Positions 52,100 through 64,000 of a stretch of 64,000 nt of DNA are shown here, piece by piece. The stretch's first letter is position 1, and the number at the start of each line of letters is the position of its first letter. The notes beneath the pieces were generated by a model. That model searched no databases and was not told the origin of the DNA. It saw only the letters and a list, made by a program, of their open reading frames with translations. Source of the DNA: Raillietiella orientalis (Eukaryota); the NCBI GenBank assembly GCA_036172245.1, contig JAYWIR010000043.1, positions 1,674,001 through 1,738,000 on the forward strand, written 5' to 3'. The translations under genes and the position numbers were made by a program.

Positions 52100-52750
52100 C
52101 GTCCAACTTGTCACTCTTCGGAACGGAGGCCGGGGAAGTCCGCTCCAGCAGCGAAAGGGGAGAGAAAACTACAAACAAAAAAAAGGGGAGGGAAGGGGGA
52201 GGTGTTTCTTCGAAAGTGGAGGGTGGGGAAGGGATCACATTACGCCTGGAGACGTCGTCTGCTTCCTGTCCAGGATGCTGGCAGGTGGCGTTCTCATGTT
52301 GCCCAGGTGGGTCCACATCGACGCGGTCTTCAAAAACATATGCGTCCAGTGGATGGCGTCCCTGCCATTCTGGCCTCTTCTTGTCGCGTTCCAGGCCTCC
52401 ATGGACACAGAAGAGAAGTGCTAGGGATGCGGCTGGCTGCAGAACGGCACGCACGAAGAGGTGCAGCAAAACGTCCCTGGTGCCGCCTCCCGGGATTTCT
52501 GGGATCGTCGCGAGGCGATCTCAAAGGGGTCGGAGAGCAGCACAGTCCAGTAGAAGGTGCGGGAAGGTCTCTTTCTCGCCGCATCCATCACAACTGACAT
52601 CCACACTTCCTCGTGTTCCATGGTGAAGGCGTGCTTTGCATGGGGTTCCCCAATGCAACACCAGAACCGCCATCTCTTGCCACTTGAGGGGGGGGGCAGC
52701 CACTGTTCCAGCCCTCTGGGGGCCACTTCATCTTCTCTGGAGGGATTGCG
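52100..52750 (-). mobile_element. Tx1/L1-clade LINE 3' fragment, copy B
   Basis: Clear zf-RVT-type motif 'PPLKWQEMAVLVLHWGTPCKARLHH...SCDGCGEKETFPHLLLDC'. Confidence 0.75.
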
Positions 52751-53094
52751 AGCAGCGTGATAGTTTGTGAGAGTTCGTGATAGCCTCAACCTTGTAAGCC
52801 TTCAAAGCCGCGTAAGCCAGTTTGTAGCCTCACCTTGCATAGGATGAATACACAGCACAACCAGAAACTTGGAACACATAGCTTGGTGGCATCGGAGGCT
52901 ACTCTCTCTTTAGAGGCCGTGTGGCTGAGGTCTACCGCGTGGTACCAAGCGTTGCGAGTGCGAACCCCCCCGTAAAGGATCGACTCCCGACAAACTGTTG
53001 CGTCGTGGGTTGTGATTCCCCTCGCAGGATGGCGCTGGCTGGCCTTCAGGCTTCGGGTGTGGCACTGGTTGACACCAGATCACTCTGTGGCGTT

Positions 53095-54770
53095 TATTTA
53101 TAAAAAAAAATAAGTATACATGTCTGTGGCAGGACGTTTGATCCTGCCACGCGACTAATAACTAAGAGATGGAACCTGCCGGGAACTGACAAGCAAGCCA
53201 GCGGGGTTTGCCTCGGCAGCACAGAAGGGGAGAGAAATAAAAAGAAAAGAAAAGAAAACAAAAAATATACAGTTAAAAACTGGGGGATTTCCGAAAGGAA
53301 TCCCTGTGTGCTGGAGGGTGTCCTCTGCATCCTTGTAAGGATGCCGGCAAGTACCTGTTTTATGGTTCCTAGATGGGCCATCTTGACGCTGTCCTCGTGA
53401 AGAGGACAGCAAAATAGATGACGTCTCTGTCATCCTGATCTCCTCTGGCGTTGCTGCTCGATGCAGCCACGGTCCTGTTTCGTGGGCAGCGAAGTGCTGC
53501 TGGCGATGGGGTCGGCGTGAGTGCGTCGCGCAGGAAGAGGCGCTTTAAAATGTTTCTGGCGTTGCCGCCGAGGGTTCCAAGGGTCGCGAGAAAGCGTCCC
53601 CAAAGGGATCGGAGGGCGATACAGTCCACTGGAAGGTGTGGGAGGGACTTCCGCTCCCTGCGCCTTGCACAGTTTGGATCCACACACCACCGTGTCCAAT
53701 GATGCCGGCGGGCGTTGCACGGGAGGCACTAATGAAGCAGCATCAACGCCGAATCCTGCCACTTTAAGAGGAGGGTTCATGAGTGTCGGCAATCACTGCA
53801 GATCTTCCTCCGGATTACCCAGTAGCACGCCCCTGCGCATAAGTCCACGAGTTCGAGCAATCGGGGTAGCAGAGTCGGTGGGCAGGCCCGTCGCCCAGTT
53901 CTCTTCTCCTTCGGGAGATTTGCAAATTAACCTTTCATCTCGACGCAAGACGGCGTCTCATATGTTTGTTCCCTCAGGGAGGGCAGTGCTGCGGCAAGGG
54001 AGGTTCTTACTACGCATGCACCTTTCCCGGTATCTTAAAGGGTCTCTCGGAGCGGGCAGTTGTTGTGGGGCCCCGTACAAGAAGCGTTGTGCCTGTTCCG
54101 GGAATCACTCCTGGTTCCTCGTCCAAGTGCGAACGGTTTCCTGCAGCCAGGCACTACCGTTGATGGGGCTGCAAGAGATCCAGGTGTCATGGGTGCTCGT
54201 TAGGGTTGCCACCCTCCAGAGCTGCTGCCCACAGTGGGAGATGTTGCGGCGGCGACGCTCACGGAAGGATGCCAGTCGGTGGCTTGCTGGACGAGGAGGC
54301 GTGAAGGCTCGCACCAGGTGGGTGCTCCATGACTTTGCCACGGGGACAAGTATCCTGATCTGAAGCTCAAACTCCATTCTCTCCAGAGTCAGGAGGCCGA
54401 GGCCGCCGTCCCGGTGCGGAGCACACAGGTCCTTGGTCCTGACTCTGGAGACCTACCCGTGCCTAAAGGGCAATCTCGAGGAGGTCCTTCGTCCTCTTCA
54501 GCCAGGGAGGAGAATTCTCTTCGATGTTCCTTCCCAAGCGTGAGAGGGACGGACACCTCCATCCGGAGCCTTCCTGGATTCATAGGGTGATCCTTACAAG
54601 TCGCCCCCTAACTTGAAGAGTTGACACGCACCCTCGGGTGGCGTGGGCAATGCTAAAGAGCTTCGTGAGCCGCCAGGAGGCGAACGGTTTTTGAGTCCTT
54701 AGCAAACACTCGGCTAAGAAATGCTCGGAGGAAATGGAAAAAAAGTCTTCAAACAGCGAACGGCGCAAGG
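53095..54770 (-). mobile_element. Tx1/L1-clade LINE RT + 3' end, copy C
   Basis: 'QKPFASW' (cf. KAFD), 'RDCPLG' (cf. QGCPLS), 'VAKSW...NISHCGQQLWRVA', 'NCARRRERKSLPHLPVDC..LW'. The 3'-UTR is homologous to copy A, with a minus-strand AATAAA near 53094-53099. Confidence 0.7.
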
Positions 54771-55629
54771 CAGATCACGAAACATCCGAAATGAAAGTGC
54801 ATTGCAGATTGCACTGCTGCTGCACCTGCAGGTGCCAAGCGACGAAAAACGTTTAGGGGAAAATTCTTGTAGCGAATATCAGCGCAGCCAAAGATGAATT
54901 CTAAAGTAGCCAAGAGAACATTCATTTCCCAATAAATAAACAGGTTTTTTTTTTTTTCAATAGATTGGCACACCAAATTCTTTAACACTGCAAACACGTT
55001 TGATTAGTACGTAAGGGTCCTCGTTGGGCTGCAAAAGAAAACACACACAAGCAAATATATCGTGAATTTTGGAGAATGGTAGAAAAGAAGTAACACTTCT
55101 TGCCGGTTACGTACAAAGGTGTACGAATGGCGGAGGCACTTCTCAGCTGACCGACTGTCAGCTGGGAGAAACAGGGAAGGGGGTGCGAGGCTGCGCGTTG
55201 GTTCGTTTCGGAGCAGCGCGGCTGCGACTCCCGAAGTTTTCCGGGGGTCTCCCTTTCGGACCCTCTCCTTTCCGTGTCCGACTCCCCCGTGAGGGCGGCC
55301 CCCCCTTTCCGGATGCAAACAAAACGGAAATCAGCGCGAGTGCTTCGAGGAAGAAAATGCCTTGCAAGAAGTGTGTTGTCCAGGCCTTCCCCCCTTGTCA
55401 CTCGTCCCTTCTTTCGTGCTGCCCCCGGTCAATGGCCAGGTCATTCTGCTGCCCTTTCCGTATGCTCATGTTGCGGTCCCAGTGTTCAATCGGTTCATAT
55501 TAAAAATTACCGGCTATTATTAAGCAAACAAAAAGGTCAAAGTGAACGATTTGTGGGAATTCATCACATGAACCGGCGATTATTAATAATCCACAACTAT
55601 CATCGGTAAATGTATTAATTTGAAATCAG

Positions 55630-56250
55630 AGGCGAGCAGCATTCTTCTGACATAGAAAACATGGATAAGAGAGATGATAAAGTAAAAAGCAGAAAACGCT
55701 GCTGACGTTGGATTGGAAAATGGTGAAGAAAGCGAGGGAGGTTCTCCTTCTTCTGAACTCGGCGGAATCTCTGAAGCGATTCACGAAGAGGATGGGAACT
55801 CTGCTAAGGAGTCCCTGAAAAAGTGCAAGCCGACGAAATGGTACGGCTTTCGAAGGCTGAGTGCCCCAAGGCGGATGTGGGGAGAGGGCTCGGATAGGGC
55901 TTCCAGATGCAGATAGGGCTAAAGCCGACAACCGGGATATCATCACAGCTGTCGCAAGCTCTGTTGATAGTGGAAACTTGTATAAACTCGGTACACAACA
56001 TGGCATTTGAAACCACCCGTGTACAAGGAATGAATTTACCGTCTGCAGGGAAACTTTTATTCCAGTTCACAAAGTTGCAGATATTGAAATAAGTCCGAGA
56101 GGAATGCGCTCGCGAGAATTCTAATTTAGAGATCCCAATATTGCGATTGTACGGGCGATTGGTACGCAAACGTGAAAGGTCGAAAATCCTTTGTAATTCC
56201 AAAAGCGCTTCCTGCGAAAATAGACAGTTTGTTCATCACCGTGTAATAAC
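55630..56250 (-). mobile_element. LINE RT C-terminal fragment
   Basis: 'SLYKFPLSTELA...VPFRRLALFQGLLS' resembles post-RT LINE sequence. Weak. Confidence 0.3.
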
Positions 56251-56989
56251 GTAAAATTCTTATCTCATTCATGTGTTCCTCTCCCACCTTTATGAAAATA
56301 ACACTTCAGCTAATTTGTACAATTTGGCCACAATTTTGTACAATTTGCATGTCATGATTTCGTATAATTTTGTCACAAGTCTGTTTTTCCACTTTTTCTT
56401 CGGATTTGCCAAGAACTTGTTCATGTAATAAATAGTGCATGTTTGTTTTAACAATAAATAATATGACAAAACGTATTTTTATTGATTTATCAAGATTCAC
56501 TGGCAATTCTTAATATTTACCGGTGAATGTAAATTAGCTCGTGTCATTATTCATTTTGATCTTTTTATTTGGTTATTATTACTAATATCCGGTAATCATG
56601 AATACTAACCGGATTTCTTACACGACCTGCAACACTTCCACGTCACTTGAGCTGTTACTTATCCTGTGAATGTGTTCCGTTCCCGTGGTCCGTTCCCCGA
56701 TGCACCTGCTTTGGTGTCTCTGCTCCTGGGTCGCCTGGATCTTGCCTGCCTCTGGGGTCGCTGTGCCTCAGGCATCGGCAGCTTCCTCTCATCACCCGAT
56801 CACACTTCGCCACAGGAATGCTCCTTTCGATCATCCTCGAGGGACGCATCTCCCGTTCCTGATGGCTTTCCCCCCTGTGGGGAAGAAGGCCGCCAGGTGC
56901 ATCCGTTGTTCCGACGGTCGGATTGTAGCCACGGGTCATCCCGCGCCTCTACGCATTTCCCGCGTGGCCTCCCTGACGTGGAATCCCGC

Positions 56990-57500
56990 CTTAGAGCGAG
57001 ACAGACGAAGCTGTGAGTGTAGCGGCGTTTCCGCCCCCCCCCCCCCTGTCATCCCCCTCATGCATGCGGATTTCCCCGAAATGGGGGTCTGCGTTCACAG
57101 CCCCCCATTTCGGAGAGCTCACCCCGACCGGCCGTACCTGGCGTTTCACTTGGACGCAGGCGCGCTCGCGAGGGGACGGGAACCTCCACTCGCGCGGCCG
57201 CCATCCCGAGGTCCGGACGCCCCAATCTGATGAGCTGATGTCATGGCAATCCGTCCCCTTTGGTCTTGCACAACCAAAAGCCGTACATGAGGCGCTTAAC
57301 GGAACGGTTCTGGTATAGAATGGGGTCATCCGGATGGGTTCACGCCGAAGGCGCCTCCCCTACCTCCTCCCTGTGGATAGTTTGCCGGAGCATATGCTCG
57401 CTTCCACCCTCGATCACTCACCCCGGGAGAGGAAACTCCATTCTGGGGTCCCTCGCGGGATCGGGAAGATGAACTTGCGTCCATTTTTCACTCGCATCTG
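56990..57500 (-). mobile_element. Ty1/copia integrase relic
   Basis: 'PQNGVS' (cf. PQQNGVAER), 'MTPFY..VPLSASCTAFGCA' (cf. TPYE...PxxSxLxxFGC), 'SGWRPREWRFPSPRER...KRQVR' (cf. GY...YRxxxP...RxVxF). Confidence 0.55.
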
Positions 57501-57769
57501 CTCCCTAGCAATCTCCAGAAGATGCGCAGGACGCCTTGCGGCATCAGTGGGTTTTTGCCGCAATGGCAGAGGCTGCACCGCTGCACACGGCATCGCGATG
57601 GACCACGTCGACTCATCCCTGCTTCAGGGAGAGACAGCGCTGCCACTCTTCGAGGCGTTTGCAGGGCTTCGCTGCTGTAACCGTTGGGAACGCGTGGAAG
57701 TGACTCATCCCGGGATGAAAGTGCTCTTCCCTCCAGTGGTGCCCATCGCGGGACGCTCTGCAGCGGTGC

Positions 57770-58545
57770 CGATCAAAATCCCGAAGGCCGAAATCTCGAA
57801 GGATCATAAAAAATAAATTGATGTCTTCGTTTTATATGTTAGTACACATAGATTTAGGTGCATTGTCAAAGTAAATATGTGTGCTTATTATGCATATTCA
57901 CATATATACTGATACAGATTGAAAGACAAATTTATTTCAACATGCATATTTATCCATATTTATTAATACATATGTTTTTTATGTAATAAAGTTATCAATA
58001 CATGGTAAAGATCATAAAAAGAATTGCATGTCTTTGCTGTATTTATTTATATACAAATCTGTATCAGGTGAATGTATGCATACCGAATTATAAAAAACAC
58101 AAGGTGATGGTGGCATTTGAAAATGGAGGAAGAAGTGGAAAAGCAAACCAATTAAAAAAACGAAGAAGAAATTTCGTATTTCGCTTCCCTGCCATTTCCC
58201 TGCCACTCAGTAAATGAAACTCTCTCAGTGAGTGATGACTTGTACTTTCGGGATCTTGATCGCTTGATAAATGTACGTGTTCATAATTCGATCTTTATGT
58301 ATCCATGTAATAAATACTTACCGTATAGATATTAATGTATATGAAAATACGTTAATATGTATTTATAAGCACATATATTATTTCTATATGTATTAATAAT
58401 AATATGTCGATAAATACTAATAATATGTATGTTAAGTACATTTGTGTATTAATCTGTATACATATATATGTACTGATGAATGTAATAAACATATACATAT
58501 ATATGTATTTTTAATGTGCTTTCGGGATTCCGAACCACATCCGAT
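57770..58545. repeat. AT-rich MITE-like element with imperfect inverted termini
   Basis: Left end 'caaaatcccgaaggccgaaatctcgaagg'. Right end 'ttcgggattccgaaccacatccg', whose reverse complement (cggatgtggttcggaatcccgaa) matches the start of 46290. Confidence 0.55.
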
Positions 58546-58849
58546 CTGCAGACTCTCTCGAAATGAGCCACGCTGCCTTCCCGTCCGCTGCTGTGCTACA
58601 CCTGGACTTCGCGGGCACGTGTCACTCGGTGGACAGCCTGTGGGCTAAGAAATCGTCCTGACAACGCCCAGGAAGATGCCCAGATAATGAATCAGCAGTC
58701 AGGATCGGACCGCTCGCTTACCGAACAAGTTGAACGCAACGACCCTCGTGAAATCCGTGCTTGCCCTAAGAATGGGATCGAAGCCTTCAAGCTGCTCTCC
58801 TGCACAGAGCCTCAGGGGTATTCCAAGAGACGTCCATCAGCACAATAGC

Positions 58850-59800
58850 AGCAAGGAGCAGGATCGAACTGAATCCGCAATCCAAGGTCTGCTTAAGTGG
58901 GCGTGTTGATTTGCTTCTTCACGTGGCAAGAGGGCAGCCTCGGAGCTCTTGGTCTGATTATGTAGAGGGAGGATGCGAATGGACTCTTTTATCGCCTGCA
59001 AGTAACCTTCTGGGAGCTCTCCGACACTGTCCCCATATGGGTAGGGAACGGAATCGGGAACCCAGTTTTCTTGCCGAGAGTTCCGTCGATAACTCTCCTC
59101 CTGGCACTGTTTCTTCCCATCGGTTCGTGTTTGCGGGGGATGCACGTACACTCTCGGCCGCAATCCTCGTCAACGGAAGACGTCATTTCTAATTGCAGGA
59201 GTTTCTCAGGCAGTCCGTGACGACATTCTGTTCATCTAGCGTCAGCACCGGGAACCAAAATGGACCTTAATTGAACAACCTTGGTAGCATCTTTGTCCCC
59301 AGAGGGTGATCGGATAGGAAGTGGAAGGACGAGGTCTCAAATCTGGGTCATCAACTGTTTGAAGGTGTTCGTGGTCCTTGGCAGAGACCTGAATGAATCC
59401 GAGCTTTTCGTTCTTCTGTAGCTGCATGAATGTTCTCGAGTTTATCCTTTGAGCTTTGCTTGTTCTCGGTCGAACAGCCATTCCCGGAATAATAGCACAT
59501 TTCTTGCTATTCACAGGGTTTCAGAGAATCTTCGCTCCACAATTTTCAGCAGGCGCCCGTCTGTAAGTGGTCCAGCTTTGAGCACTAGGATTGGAATCCT
59601 GCTATCATGCTCCCACGTGCCGTCTACTGGAGCATCTGAATTATTTTGCGTTGTCAGACTCCCCCTAGATGGCGAATGAACTTGTTCCGGGATTAATGAA
59701 GCCTGGAACCCGAATCACCATTTTGCCCTCACGAATATTCTCTGGCGTCGACAGTGCGCGAAACCAAGAAGATTTTCATGGCATCTAAAAGTTGCCACAG
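58850..59800 (-). mobile_element. Ty3/gypsy integrase relic
   Basis: 'IIPG...INSRTFMQL..KLGFIQVSAKDHEHLQT' (cf. GxP...FxSxxF...G...YHPQT). Weak. Confidence 0.4.
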
Positions 59801-60199
59801 GGAGAACGCACAACCCATCACTACGATTGCTCATGCGTGTTCTTGCGATGTAGCCTGTCATTTGGAGGCCATAGCGGCCACGGTTCTTGTTTCCGCGGCC
59901 ACGCAGACTTCGTCTTCCGCATCTCCGTTCATTTCAAACCCAAGTCTCCTTCTGCGGGTTCCGAGAACCCCCAAAGAGGCAGCGGGAGGAAAGAAGGGGA
60001 AAAAAGAGGCAGCGGGAATGCTTTCCTGGCGTGGGTGCAGCGTGATGCTCGACGAGACCGTAGAACGCTCGTGCAAGCAACAAACTCGTGCACTCCGGAT
60101 CCACAGCCTCTCCTTTCACCCTTCCGGGCCACAGGCAGCATCGAGCACGCGGAGTCGAGTCTCAGGAAGAGTTGCTTTTGTTCAGTTCCTTGCAGGCAT

Positions 60200-62450
60200 T
60201 TTGCGCTCGGAACAGAACGGCGGCACTCTTACAGCTCTTATTGACAAGGGCGCGAGCGCGAACTTTCCAGATCGCTTCGTGGAACCTCGATTCGCCCCCA
60301 TCTGCGCCGGGAAGCAGCTTCAAGCACTTCCATGTGCGAAGACGCAGAGTAAGCTCCCCGCCTCTTGTTCATCACTATGGCCAACGAGCTTCCAAGCTCC
60401 TTGCCTCGCTCGCTCTTTGCAGAAATCCCTCCACTCGTGAATTTCCGGAACGCTTCCTTGCTGGAAACTGAGCTCGACTCCAGAAGAGATCTCCTCTGCC
60501 TTCGCGTGTTCTCGAGAAAGCGAGTGCCCTCACGAGGGATGGCGCCAGACGCGTACGGCGTGCCGTGCGCTGTGAGGAGCCCACCGTGCTGCGCTCCGGG
60601 TTTGGTGGCAGCGGGAGCTGACCGCGGCGGCGCCGCAAGTGTGGGATGCGTGCAATCACGTGCACACGTGTCACGCACGCACCAGGAACGCTCAGCATCT
60701 CGCGCAGAGCAGGAGAAGCGCCCCGGAAGGCCGGAGAAGACGCGGAGGAAATGTAAGGACACGCAACATTCTGAGCAGCCGTGTCTTCTTGTGACGGCAC
60801 CCGCACGAGATCGGACGCTCTGCAGCGGGCTCGCGATGTTCCTCTTGCTTCCGCCGCGAGCTGTACACCGCGCAGCTACCCATCTTGCTCCCCGTATGCG
60901 ACTGAGGGCACCGGAGCGCATTTTTAAATACGGCAATCTGCTTGCTTACCGTTGCCTAGGTAACCTTCACGAGATGGAGGGGGGAGGGGAAACAGACCAA
61001 CGATCGAAGAATTCCTAGCTGCCTTTTTCCGCCACCAAGAACGCTCACAAAGGGGACGTTTATCATGCGTGGACCGGGAGCAGCAGCGGCTGAAGACTGG
61101 CTCTACTGGAAGGAGATAAGTCACGCTCATGCTCCGCCCTGTCATTCGCGGTTGTTTTCTGTTTTCTTTCTCTCCCCTTGCAGCCGTAGTTGTCCTCTCG
61201 TCTTGTCATAGAGTTCCATGGTGCCGAATAACGTGTGGCAGCGGTGGGAAGCGAAGGATGAGGCCTCCGAGGAGCTTCAGGGTCGGAGGGCAGCAGGCGT
61301 CCTCTCGTCTTGTCATAGAGTTCCATGGTGCCGAATAACGTGTGGCAGCGGTGGGAAGCGAAGGATGAGGCCTCCGAGGAGCTTCAGGGTCGGAGGGCAG
61401 CAGGCACCACGGCTTCTTGCACGGCGCCAGCACCTGGTCAGGGCCGTTCCCGCCGTGTCCGAGTCAGATCGGAAGTCGAACCTGAGCTCCCAAGAGCTGG
61501 AAGTGAAGATCGCGTGGATGAGGTTATCCGCGCGCCAAGCTGCACGCTCGCGTTTGTCGGCGCGAAAAGCCAGCAGTGGTGCACTCGCTCCCAGGGTTCA
61601 GAAGCCTGGAAGAGGCTGAGGGCATCCAAGCAGAATGGAACCATCGGTGATGACGGAGACAATTAGGAAAAGCATCCGAGACATCCTGAGGGAGGTGTTC
61701 CAGCAATCGGAAGAATGGAAACTCTTTTCTGCTATCCGCCGATCATTTCAATGGAGAAAAAACCACGAGGTGGAAAAGGAAAAATCAACAGACACATAGA
61801 TGCAGGGGTGGACACCGACCTCAAGGCGAGATTTCTGATGCTGGAGGTCCGATTCGGGCAAGGAACGCAAAGAGTGGAAGAAGGCGCTGTTTCAATGGTA
61901 TTTCCGCTTATCCGTTCGGCCCTGTCTAAAGCTATTCCTCATGTCGGCTGGCGTCATCCCGTCCCTCTTGGCACGAAAGACACTCAGGTGGAGAGCACTC
62001 TGCACGAAGGCAATCCCTCCTTCCGCCTCGGGCATTGCTATCCCTGGCACGGGGCAAAGGGCGGACAACAAAGAGAAGGTTGGTAAACCCGAATCAGTAA
62101 GCCCCTCCCCGTCTGCAGGATCTGGGGAGAAGCATCGGGATGCAAGGCAAGTTCAGGATGTCTTGCGAAGCTGGTCCGGTCCTCACGCTGCCTCCGTCAC
62201 ATCCTTACTTCTGACACAGGACTGAGAAGTGCACGCGCATTCGTGGCTGATCTTGTCCGGGGACGCGAAGTGAACGTTCCTCGTTCCGGAGGAGACCTCG
62301 GTGCATCAAGAGAGATAGGGAAGGGAGGAGGAGTGGGCGGAGTAGCAGTAAATCCGCTTCTGGACCAGGACAAGTGTGGTCCCAAAAGCTTCCAGATGCG
62401 GTGAAACGAAAATATTCCCAGAACCTGTTGACTGAAAGTACAGGAGTGTT
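60200..62450 (+). mobile_element. Decayed Ty3/gypsy pol (PR-RT-RH-IN)
   Basis: Protease 'ALIDKGASANF' (60234-60266); RT 'VRSPPCCAPGLV..ADRGG..VGC', 'YGNLLAY'; RNase H 'LAAVV', 'RKSN..QEL'; integrase 'IISME...GVD..LK', 'WRH..LGTK..STLH'. Domains are in gypsy order. Confidence 0.7.
61192..61405. repeat. Perfect 107-bp tandem duplication (61192-61298 = 61299-61405)
   Basis: The two adjacent copies are identical on base-by-base comparison. Confidence 0.97.
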
Positions 62451-63149
62451 TTGCTAAGGCCCTGAGATCTCCTGGGGGAACCTGAAAGACTCACTGGGAT
62501 GCCCCTTCACGCTCAGTGTTGCCAGCGGGGGCGATCGCAGCCTTGTGCTGCCTTCGCGGATCCACGGAGGCGAGAAGTTGCGTCTCCAAAGACCAGACAA
62601 ACATGGACCCCAGACCCATCGTGTCTTCCTTTCTAAGGATGGCGATGAGATGAACGCACTCCTAGAGCTACAAGGAAGAACTTGCCTGCATCCTCTACAG
62701 GATGCTGAGGGCTGCAGGGAGATCACCATGATCCGTTTCTCTTCGCAGTTTTTTCAAAACGAATTTTCGCTTTTTTTTTCTTCCTTTTCTTTTCGTTTTT
62801 TCATTTCCCCTTTCTCTCTCTGCGTGCAAACCTTGCTGAGCAATCTGCTTGCTGGAGGAAACGCCTCCCGGACACGCAGCGACCCAGTGAGACTGGTAAT
62901 CTCACTGCAAAGGAATGACTTCATCCTGTAATTATTGATTGTTCGTTTGTATGCGATGAATGCCCCAGCGTGACCTTCTCATCCTGAAGAGCCTGGCCAT
63001 TCATCTAAAATGAATAAATCAAATCGCACAGTCATGGACGGAGAAGAAACTATCTTCACAGGGAACAAAACAAGGGAGGAGTGGAGGGAGAGAAGGGTGA
63101 GGACAATGAATAAATAATTAAACAGGGAAGGGGATGAACCAGACTCACG

Positions 63150-64000
63150 GTATTCCACTGGGCTTCCGAGGCCCTGCGTCTGGCAGGGAATGGTCGGAAG
63201 GGAGAAGGTGCTCCTCTCATCGGTTTTGGGCTCGTCTGACCACAAGCGTTCTGAGATTCCCTCGTGCCCCACTTCCAAGATTGGGCCATTCCGTCGTCCT
63301 TCACATGTAGCTGTTTCATCCTCCAGTTTAAAAGTCGCCGTTGCTCGTTCATGGCAGAGCATATCCAGCGACAAGGCGATTTCCAGACCAGGAGGCGTGA
63401 TCATGGAACCAAAGTGCCTCAGAGAGGCGTCCCATCCCTGACGCAGCATCCCGCACTTCAGCAGAACGCGCAGGATTCTCCGCCGTACCGCAGTGGGAGC
63501 TCCCCTTGGACGGTCTCCCCGCTGAGACGCGGTGGCGGCGTTCCTTAGTACGAGGAAGTGCCCAGTGCACCAGCAAAATGGCAGACTGCTGGTGCCGGAT
63601 AAGGAGAGGGAGGCGTTGACGAGGAATCACGGGATCTTGATGTTCCCCAGGGGAATCCACATAGATTCCATCCGGGACCCTGAGCTAGAGCTTCTGAAGG
63701 GGCCTCTCTCTCTAGTCGAGAGGTTTTCCATTAACCAGTTGACAGTTCATCTCCCACGCTGCAGAAGCACTCTCTTCCCTCTAATCCCAACGGTGAATTG
63801 AAGGAGGCATGGCCCTCCTCGATGGTCACGCTCTGAATCGGGGGAGCAGGCTAACATAGTCCCTGCAAGGCTGAGTTTCTCCAGACGACTGGTGACGCTG
63901 TTGTTAGGAAGTGGGTTTGGACTTTCCACCCGTAGCCGCGTTCTCAGTAATTCCTGACGCCAAGCATTTTCGTTCCGTGAGGTTGTGCAGTCATGTCCTT
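63150..64000 (-). mobile_element. Decayed RTE-like LINE RT
   Basis: 'RMESMWIPL..KIP' (cf. RxxxWxxLxxxGxP), 'SQRGD', 'RHFGSMITPPG...ERATATF' (cf. YLGSxIxxxG...KAxxxF). Confidence 0.55.

Noticed and set aside
51533..52626. 354-aa and 219-aa plus-strand ORFs
   Set aside because: Antisense to Tx1-like LINE remnants (zinc-knuckle and zf-RVT motifs are on the minus strand), with no protein-like signal of their own.
52930..53030. tRNA or tRNA-SINE-like segment (gggttgtgattccc resembles a T-arm/B-box)
   Set aside because: No cloverleaf could be folded and the B-box is imperfect.
1..64000. CRISPR array, prokaryotic operon or defence system, rRNA or intact tRNA genes
   Set aside because: The sequence is eukaryotic with spliceosomal introns. 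I saw no regularly spaced repeats, operon-like gene density or rRNA/tRNA signatures.

Overview
Eukaryotic DNA, inferred to be arthropod from a painless-type TRPA gene and invertebrate-code mitochondrial fragments. Two intact protein-coding genes are supported, and they are convergent with stop codons only 35 nt apart: a 4-exon SNIP1/Pml1-type FHA-domain gene (+, 21552-23085) and an ankyrin-repeat TRPA channel most similar to painless (-, 23121-25781, single coding exon). A CpG/GC-rich promoter-like island lies at about 18.1-19.9 kb. Almost everything else is heavily decayed transposon sequence (BEL/Pao, Ty3/gypsy, copia, CR1/L2-, Tx1/L1- and RTE-like LINEs, pogo, AT-rich MITE-like blocks). There are also two mitochondrial insertions: a clear cox1 5' fragment and a probable trnE/trnF/nad5 3' fragment. 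TE calls come from degenerate motifs read by eye, so their boundaries are approximate. I found no evidence of a new multi-gene system. The best leads are a compact dual-use poly(A) element between the two genes, a covarying structured 3'-UTR in the Tx1-like LINE copies, the collinear NUMTs, and a CpG-depleted domain with no assigned gene.
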